DNA of 64,000 bases from Polyangiaceae bacterium (lineage in GTDB: Bacteria > Myxococcota_A > Polyangia > Polyangiales > Polyangiaceae): assembly GCA_044376115.1 (NCBI GenBank), contig JBILLK010000037.1:1-64000 (forward strand), in the 5' to 3' direction. The translations under genes were made by a program, and so were the position numbers. Of the stretch, positions 57,792 through 64,000 are shown piece by piece. The notes below the pieces were generated by a model that had not been told where the DNA came from, searched no databases, and saw only the letters and a program-made list of their open reading frames with translations. Within the stretch, counting starts at the first letter, position 1. Every line of letters begins with the position of its first letter.

Positions 57792-58547
57792 TTGATGCGC
57801 GGGATGAACTCCGATCAGGCCTCGACCGAAGCGCCCTCCACGCCAAGGAAGCTCGCACTCGCTGAGACGCCGCCCAAGTCGAGCGCTCACACCGGCATGC
57901 TGCAGGCTGGGGACCTCCCCATGCTAGTGCTGACCAGCTTCTCTTGCTGTTTGCTTTGGGTCCGCATGGCGCGCACCGGTGAAGCGCGTTTTCGGTTCTT
58001 GCTTTGGAACCTGTTTCTGGCGCTGCTCCCGCTGCTCGTTGGGCGCATCGCGCTCTTGCGTCCACGGCGTTCTGGGGTTGTGGTTGCGTTGCTGTTGGTT
58101 TGGCTCGCGCTCTTCCCGAACGCGCCCTACCTCGTGACGGACCTCGTGCACCTAACCCGTGCGGGTACCAGCGCGCCGTTGTGGTTCGATCTGCTGCTCT
58201 TGCTCTCCTTCGCTGTAACGGGGCTCCTTTTTGCTTTCCGCTCGCTTGACGAGGTGCTCGCTTGGCTATGCGCGCGTTTGGGTCACGCGGTGCGCTTGCC
58301 GGCGCTCGGCGGGCTTTGTTTGCTCGCCTCCTTCGGTATCTACCTCGGCCGCTTTCTCCGCTGGAATAGCTGGGACCTGCTCACCTCGCCGAGAAGGGTC
58401 GCCTCCTCGGTGGTTGAGATCTTGAGCGGGCCCAAGGCGTTCTCTGCGCTTGGTTTTAGTGCGCTATTCGGCGGCTTTCTCGTACTGGCCTATTGGGGCT
58501 GGTCCCGCCAGCTGCGAACCAGCCGTTCAGCTGAAGGCAGTTACTAG
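57792..58547 (+). CDS. DUF1361-family membrane protein
   Basis: FLLWNLFLA, FPNAPYLVTDLVHL, GIYLGRFLRWNSWD. Confidence 0.88.
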   Translation: MMRGMNSDQASTEAPSTPRKLALAETPPKSSAHTGMLQAGDLPMLVLTSFSCCLLWVRMARTGEARFRFLLWNLFLALLPLLVGRIALLRPRRSGVVVALLLVWLALFPNAPYLVTDLVHLTRAGTSAPLWFDLLLLLSFAVTGLLFAFRSLDEVLAWLCARLGHAVRLPALGGLCLLASFGIYLGRFLRWNSWDLLTSPRRVASSVVEILSGPKAFSALGFSALFGGFLVLAYWGWSRQLRTSRSAEGSY

Positions 58548-58921
58548 CGGCCGGGCAGGTTCTCCGCAGCGGGGCAGGCCCACGGCATCGGTGCGCGCTC
58601 GGTGCAGCCCTCTTGGCCGTTGCATACCTCACAACGCACCAAACAGCCGCCAATATCGCCGTAAACGCAGGGCACGTTGCTGCGCTCCTTGTTGCAGCGG
58701 GCAAACCCGCGCTCCGGCGGGTTGTCACAAGAGGGTGGCTTCGGCGCAGCGACGACCGCTGCAGCCGAGCTGCTTCGCACCGGAGCCGCATCTTCTTTTT
58801 CTGGCTCTGGCAGCGGTGCCCCGGCGAAATATTCTTCATCGCCGACGCGCGAGCCGCCGCAAGCAACCGCGATCAATAGAGCCAGGAGCAATAGAGCGAG
58901 CCCGCGCAGCGTGTGCTTCAT
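58544..58921 (-). CDS. Small Cys-rich lipoprotein
   Basis: IAVAC lipobox, 8 further Cys; ATGA overlap with the upstream gene. Confidence 0.65.
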   Translation of the reverse strand: MKHTLRGLALLLLALLIAVACGGSRVGDEEYFAGAPLPEPEKEDAAPVRSSSAAAVVAAPKPPSCDNPPERGFARCNKERSNVPCVYGDIGGCLVRCEVCNGQEGCTERAPMPWACPAAENLPGR

Positions 58922-59715
58922 GGTCCGCTGCTGGCTGGTTTGGCCGTGGCCGTGGGTTTGGGCGCGGTGGGAAAGGGAAAGCCCGACGGGAAAGCGGTCG
59001 GTAGCGCGGTGGGGATCGTCGTCGGCAGCGCGGTGGGGATCCACGAGGGGAGGCCGCTCGGAATGCCGGTTGGCAACGTTGTCGGTGCGGCCGTGGGCGT
59101 GCTGCTCGAAGCAGGCGTGCCTCCCGGTTTTGGCGGCGCAGGCGGATCTGAAGGCTTAGCGGTCTCGACCGGCTTGGTCGGATCGGCCGCGCTGGTCACT
59201 GCCGGGGCTGCCGTCGTTCCAGCGGTCGCCGTCACGCTCGCCGCAGCTGAACCTCGCTTGCTCGGCCCTTCCGCGGTAGCGGCGTCTCCACGCTCGCGCA
59301 GACTGAGCACGATGAAGGTAACGGCGACGCCCGCTGCCACCAGCACCGCGCCGATGAGCAGCCACGACGTCCCACCCTCTTGCGCTTTGGGCGCTGCAAC
59401 GGGCCGCGGATTGACCACCGTCTTGTCGTCGGCTGCGACGGTTTGCCCCGGCTTCTTGTAGACCTTCGTCTTCTCGTCGATCGAAGGAAGGGTCCGCCCG
59501 ACGGGCGCTGCGCCGGCCGCCGTTGCGCCCGGTGAAGCCGCCGCGCCAGCGTCGGTTAGCAGCGTCTTCTTGACGATGACCTTGCCATCCTCGCGCCGAA
59601 GCGTTGGCCCATCCATGTTGCCGAGCTCGGGGCTCTCGTGAGCGGATACGTCGGTCTTTTTGGGAAGCGTGGGGATCTCATCGGTCGATCCCGGGTTCTG
59701 CTTGTCCGCGGCCAT
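58918..59715 (-). CDS. Pro/Ala/Thr-rich single-TM hypothetical protein
   Basis: One TM; PT(A/G/T)(L/I/F)P repeats near the C-terminus. Confidence 0.65.
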   Translation of the reverse strand: MAADKQNPGSTDEIPTLPKKTDVSAHESPELGNMDGPTLRREDGKVIVKKTLLTDAGAAASPGATAAGAAPVGRTLPSIDEKTKVYKKPGQTVAADDKTVVNPRPVAAPKAQEGGTSWLLIGAVLVAAGVAVTFIVLSLRERGDAATAEGPSKRGSAAASVTATAGTTAAPAVTSAADPTKPVETAKPSDPPAPPKPGGTPASSSTPTAAPTTLPTGIPSGLPSWIPTALPTTIPTALPTAFPSGFPFPTAPKPTATAKPASSGP

Positions 59716-59747
59716 GACCGGCACCTTAGGCTAACTTGCGTTGGGCT

Positions 59748-61310
59748 TCACCAAGTGCGAAAGGGCTGACCCTTGAATTGCGCGCTATTCGCTGGGGCCG
59801 CGCTCGCCGCGGTCGGCACGGCGGCGCTGCTCGGGAGCTTGGTTGTAGCGTCTTGCGGCAGGCGTCCGAGCTTGGTCGCGCTCGAACTGGGAGCGGCTGC
59901 GCTCGGCGCGGCTGAACTCGGCGTGACCGTGCTCGGAGCCCGCGCGACGTCGATGACCGCTGCGGCGGAGAGCGGGCGCGTCTCGTCGTTGGCGCTCGGA
60001 CTTGGGGCAGGCGCGCTCGCTGTCGCTGCGGGTTCCGCGGGCGGCTGCTTGCGCGTGCTCGCGAACCATCCGAGCCCGATGAGGGGCACCAAAGCCAACG
60101 CCGCGACCATCCAGGTCCGCCCTCGCGCGTGGGTGCGCTCACGTGGGCTCAACAGCACTGCGGACTCGGTTACTTGGTCACTGCGCAGGCCAACGCTCAA
60201 CGCGGACTCGGTGACGGGCTCCGCCGAGCGCGCTCGCTTCAGCGCCTGCTCCAGCCGCGCCTCGAACTGCGTGCGCTCCCGGTGAAAGAGCCTCGCCAAG
60301 AGCTCGCGCAGCGCCGCGTCACCTTGCTCGCCACCGAGCGAGCGCAACACCTTGCGTAGCTCTGTCGCGAGGTCCGCGGCGTGATCGTAGCGGCCCTCTT
60401 TCGCGGTGAACATCGCGCGGCGGGTGATGACGTCCAACTCGCGTGGCAAACCGTTTCGGATGCGTGAAGGTTCATCCGGGATGGTGGTCGCGATGCGCAA
60501 CGTGGCCGCCGCGGGCGGCAGCCCGGCGAACAGCTCGCGCCCGGTCAGCATCTCGTGCAGCACGATGCCCAGCGCGAAGATGTCGGTGCGCCGATCCAGC
60601 GTTTCTCCGGCGCACTGCTCCGGCGCCATGTAGCCGAACTTCCCCTTGATCACCCCGGTCTCGGTGGAGCGAGCCGACTCGTACAGCTTGGCCACGCCAA
60701 AATCGAGCAACGCAACGCTGCCGTCGAAGCCGAGCAAGACGTTCTGCGGCGACACATCGCGGTGCACCAGGCCAAGCGACTCGCCGTTCTGCCCGGTGAG
60801 CTGATGAGCTGCATGCAACCCGTCGGCGATCTGCGCCGCGATCCACGCCGCTAGCTCCGGTGCCATCAGCTCACGGCGCTGGGATAAGGCTTTTTGTAGG
60901 CGCCCGAGCGATACCCCACGCACGAGCGGCATCACCAAGAACGGCTCGCCCTCGTGCGTCCCGAGCTCGAACGCGCTGAGCACGTTCTTGTGCGCGATCT
61001 TCGCGCTGATCCGCGCCTCGCGCAGAAACGCCTCCACCTCCTCGGCCGTTCGTTCGACGGAGGTAAGCATCTTCAGCGCAACGACGGTCTCCACGCCTTC
61101 GCTGGCCAAAACTCCCGCATGAACGACGCCCATCCCTCCGCGTGCGATCGGGAAAAGCAGCTGGTACTTGCCCACTCTTCGCAAGGGCGGGTCAGCCGGC
61201 GCGGGCGCGGGCTCGAGCGAGATACGCTCGGCGGGCACAGGCGCGTTCTCGTGCGTCACGATGGCCTCCCCGATCGGGCCGCGTCTCGTCGGCAACTCAT
61301 CCCGCAACAC
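59748..61310 (-). CDS. Membrane Ser/Thr protein kinase
   Basis: IARGGMGVV, VALK, HRDVSPQN, DFG, GKFGYMAPE; TM. Confidence 0.95.
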   Translation of the reverse strand: MLRDELPTRRGPIGEAIVTHENAPVPAERISLEPAPAPADPPLRRVGKYQLLFPIARGGMGVVHAGVLASEGVETVVALKMLTSVERTAEEVEAFLREARISAKIAHKNVLSAFELGTHEGEPFLVMPLVRGVSLGRLQKALSQRRELMAPELAAWIAAQIADGLHAAHQLTGQNGESLGLVHRDVSPQNVLLGFDGSVALLDFGVAKLYESARSTETGVIKGKFGYMAPEQCAGETLDRRTDIFALGIVLHEMLTGRELFAGLPPAAATLRIATTIPDEPSRIRNGLPRELDVITRRAMFTAKEGRYDHAADLATELRKVLRSLGGEQGDAALRELLARLFHRERTQFEARLEQALKRARSAEPVTESALSVGLRSDQVTESAVLLSPRERTHARGRTWMVAALALVPLIGLGWFASTRKQPPAEPAATASAPAPSPSANDETRPLSAAAVIDVARAPSTVTPSSAAPSAAAPSSSATKLGRLPQDATTKLPSSAAVPTAASAAPANSAQFKGQPFRTW

Positions 61311-61396
61311 GTCCTCGAAGTTACCATGAGCCTGTTCGCGGAGGGCTATCGACGGCGGGCTAGCGACGAGTCAATGGTCGGCGGGCTAGCGACGCG

Positions 61397-61816
61397 TCAT
61401 TCGGAGTCGCTCGGAGCCCCGCACGCGAGCCACTCGCCAAGCCGGGTGCGCTCTTCGTCTTCGGGCCCCGCGAGCGGAGGCATCTGGCGGTTGTGGTCCC
61501 CCGAGCGCGCCCAAATGCGTGGCCCTGCCTCGCGCACCAACGCCACGTCGTCAAAGTCGCTGCCGAGCGGTGCGCCCTGCCGTTCGCCCTCCGGAAGCGC
61601 GCTCGAATGACAGCCGTTGCACCAAGACAGTAAAAACGGCTCGCCGAAGTTCTCGTACGTTAGAATGCTATCTTCCGGGCACGGCCGTTCGGATAGCTTG
61701 GTAGCGTCGGCGACGGTCAACTCCTCGCTCTCGCTCTCGTCGGAAGTGCAAGCGCTGAGCCCCAGCCCGAACAGGCTCAATACCAAGCAAGCATAGGACT
61801 CAAGCGTTGAGCGCAT
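61397..61816 (-). CDS. Monoheme c-type cytochrome lipoprotein
   Basis: LSAC lipobox, CNGCH heme-binding motif, distal MPP, EWLACGAP. Confidence 0.8.
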   Translation of the reverse strand: MRSTLESYACLVLSLFGLGLSACTSDESESEELTVADATKLSERPCPEDSILTYENFGEPFLLSWCNGCHSSALPEGERQGAPLGSDFDDVALVREAGPRIWARSGDHNRQMPPLAGPEDEERTRLGEWLACGAPSDSE

Positions 61817-63071
61817 GGAAGGCCTCCGCGTTCGGGAAGTACGGCTTGGAATCAACGCCCACGGCCTCCAGTACTGCCGCCGCAAAGTTGCCGTACTGTA
61901 CAGTCTTGCCAGCGTCGCTCGACTGGCCGGTAGCGAAATCCACCTTCAGCGATTGCAAGGTATCGTCGGTGCCGCCAAGCGTGCGTGCGCCCTTGAGTCC
62001 ACCGCCGAGCAGGATCGCGCTGGTGACCGGCCAATGGTCTTTCCCACCGTCCACGTTGAGCTTCGGCGTGCGGCCCATCTCCGAGACGACCACCACTACG
62101 GTCTCGTCGATCAGCTTGTTGCCGGCCTCCGTTCCCGGCGTCACTTGCAGCTTCTCGATCAGCGTCGAAAGCGAGGTGAAGAGGTCTTCTTGCAACGGGC
62201 CTTGCAGCACATTTTCGGTATGGGTGTCCCAGCCGAAGGGCGTCTCCAAGTGCACGCTTTGGCTGAGCCCCTCGGTCAGCGCTCTTACTGCAATATCGAT
62301 TTGTACGTTGATGTCGAGCGAGAACTCGAGCTCCTCGGAGAACGCCCCCGAGAACTTCTTGAAGGCCTCCCCGCGCTCGCGCGACGAGAGAAAGTCCTCC
62401 ACGCGCGCTCGATTCTGCCCGTGGGCGGCAGGCCCTTGGAAGAGCGAGTTGGCGCGCTTCTTTACATAGCTATCGATCGCTTTGGCCTCGGCTGCGTCCG
62501 GGCGAAAGCGCTTGCTTGGCAAGAGGTCCGGGCCGGGGAAGGCTACGTCGGGATCCATCAAGGTCTTGAGCTGCGTCACCGTGCCTGTGCGCACGGCGAT
62601 CGACCCCAGATTGCCGGTGAAGGCGGTGGGGCCAAGCGCGAGCAGCGGCGCGCTCATCGAGCTACCGAGCTCGTGCGCCGCGATGGTCGAGAAGTCCGGG
62701 CTGGTGTCGGAAGCGGTGCCCGTCAACATGCGTTTGGCGCAATCCGGATGATTGATCGATTGCACCTGGATGCCGTTGATGACGGTGGTGAGCGAGCCGT
62801 ATTGCTCAAAGAAGCTGCTGGCCTTGGGCCGTGAAGGGTCTGCGAGATAGACCAGTTGGCCAACGCTCTTTAGGTCGCCTTGCGGCGAGTCAACGCCGCT
62901 CGCGCCTTGTTTGGCGTCGAGCGCGTAGGTGGTATCCCAGCCGCCCGCGACAAACACCGTCAATAGCTTCTTGGGCGCTTTTGCGCCGGCGGCGAAGGAG
63001 CCGCCCGAGAACAGCGTGGCGCCGCCGAGACCGAATACTGCTTGCAGAAAGGAGCGTCGTTTCTGGCTCAT
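61800..63071 (-). CDS. Tat-exported DUF1501-family protein
   Basis: KRRSFLQ twin-arginine signal; GGWD, GWDTH, SEMGRTP, GKDHWP. Confidence 0.88.
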   Translation of the reverse strand: MSQKRRSFLQAVFGLGGATLFSGGSFAAGAKAPKKLLTVFVAGGWDTTYALDAKQGASGVDSPQGDLKSVGQLVYLADPSRPKASSFFEQYGSLTTVINGIQVQSINHPDCAKRMLTGTASDTSPDFSTIAAHELGSSMSAPLLALGPTAFTGNLGSIAVRTGTVTQLKTLMDPDVAFPGPDLLPSKRFRPDAAEAKAIDSYVKKRANSLFQGPAAHGQNRARVEDFLSSRERGEAFKKFSGAFSEELEFSLDINVQIDIAVRALTEGLSQSVHLETPFGWDTHTENVLQGPLQEDLFTSLSTLIEKLQVTPGTEAGNKLIDETVVVVVSEMGRTPKLNVDGGKDHWPVTSAILLGGGLKGARTLGGTDDTLQSLKVDFATGQSSDAGKTVQYGNFAAAVLEAVGVDSKPYFPNAEAFHALNA

Positions 63072-63084
63072 GGGGACCTCTGGA

Positions 63085-63999
63085 TCAGTGGTAGGTAACG
63101 GCGATGTCTTGCAGCATCGCGGTCAAGACTGTCGCGTGGGCGCGCAGCGGATCACCCTGCGAGTCCATCGACGCTTGGAACAGCTCAAGCAACATCGATG
63201 CCGCCTCTGAGTCGGGGGTAACCAGCTCCGAATGCAGCTCGCCAATCAACAAGACGAACTGCTTGCGCAGCGTGGCCTCGTCCTTCGTGCTCGGCTCCAC
63301 CAGGCGCAGCAGCTTGCGTTCCTTCGCCGGCAACGCAAAGTCGGTTAGGACCACGTGGGTCGCAGCCTCTTCGGCGAAGGCGCGCGTGAACAAGCTGCTG
63401 GCCGCTGTATCGGTATAGGTGTCGAACAGGACGAACTGACCGTCGGTGCCGCCGCCGATTACCCGGTAGCCGAGCAACGAGTCCCGCGGTAGCTCCACGG
63501 TCTTGATCAGCCCATCGGTGTAGGGACCGAGCTCGGTCTTCCACACGAAGCCGGTCTTGGCCTCGATGAAGCTGGCCAGCTCGTCGGGCCGACTGCGGCG
63601 CAGGCCATTGAGCTGCTCTGCGACCTCCGCGTCGGGGGAATAGAAGCTAGCGAAATCGGGGGCCAGGACGATCTGCTTGGCCAGCGTCTTGGCGTCGTAG
63701 TTACTGTCGATGAAGGCCGCTTGCAGCTCGGCCGCCCGCTCGAACGGAACCTGGTCGAGCCCCTTTTGATTGAAGTACGCGTAAAAGCGTTTGGCCGCGC
63801 AGGCGGAGAAGCGCGAGTCCTCCGCGATTAGCTGGCCTAGATCCTCGAGGGATTCCCCTTGCCGACCAAAGTAGGAGGGCGGGCGCATATCGATCGCCAA
63901 AATCTCCTCGAACACGCCCGGAAAGAACATGTTCTCCACCGGGAAGCTCTCTTCGGTCGGGACGATGATCGGGAAGAAGTCCTTGAAGAAGCTGGCCAG
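63085..63999 (-). CDS. Partial hypothetical protein, typical DUF1501 partner (DUF1585/1588-like), runs off right edge
   Basis: Frame open to the window end; YFG...SLEDLGQLIAEDSRFSACAAKRFY pattern; 13 nt upstream of the DUF1501 gene. Confidence 0.6.
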   Translation of the reverse strand: MASFFKDFFPIIVPTEESFPVENMFFPGVFEEILAIDMRPPSYFGRQGESLEDLGQLIAEDSRFSACAAKRFYAYFNQKGLDQVPFERAAELQAAFIDSNYDAKTLAKQIVLAPDFASFYSPDAEVAEQLNGLRRSRPDELASFIEAKTGFVWKTELGPYTDGLIKTVELPRDSLLGYRVIGGGTDGQFVLFDTYTDTAASSLFTRAFAEEAATHVVLTDFALPAKERKLLRLVEPSTKDEATLRKQFVLLIGELHSELVTPDSEAASMLLELFQASMDSQGDPLRAHATVLTAMLQDIAVTYH

Positions 64000-64000
64000 C

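Overview
GC-rich bacterial DNA whose gene content points to a myxobacterium (Myxococcota, probably Polyangiales/Sorangium-like). This is inferred, not classified: four Hanks-type Ser/Thr kinases, a MXAN_5187-type protein, many Gly/Cys-rich lipoproteins, DGDETDVDCGG repeats and a DUF1501 cluster. The standout is a ~15.4 kb flagellar block (16058-31478) wedged between purL and a myxobacterial-type kinase: flhB-flhA-flhF-fliA(divergent)-flgF-fliC1-GH73-fliC2-microORF-fliC3-fliD-fliS-flgM-flgN-flgK-flgL-csrA-fliW. Cultured myxobacteria are classically non-flagellated gliders. Inside the block a ~1.24 kb tandem duplication produced two near-identical minimal flagellins and an in-frame 59-aa FliD/GH73-tail chimera that shows a synonymous-substitution excess. 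Also present: the end of an IS256-family element, a 7-mer tandem repeat, an AraC/SnoaL pair bracketed by a duplicated gene 3' end, an alpha-2-macroglobulin-like protein with a pseudopilin-like insert, an orphan tssL plus short tssM pair, a palindrome shared by a TetR gene and an MBL hydrolase gene, tRNA-His and housekeeping genes (purL, eno, AlaX-type editing protein). All calls come from reading motifs by eye; no searches were run, and several start codons are estimates.
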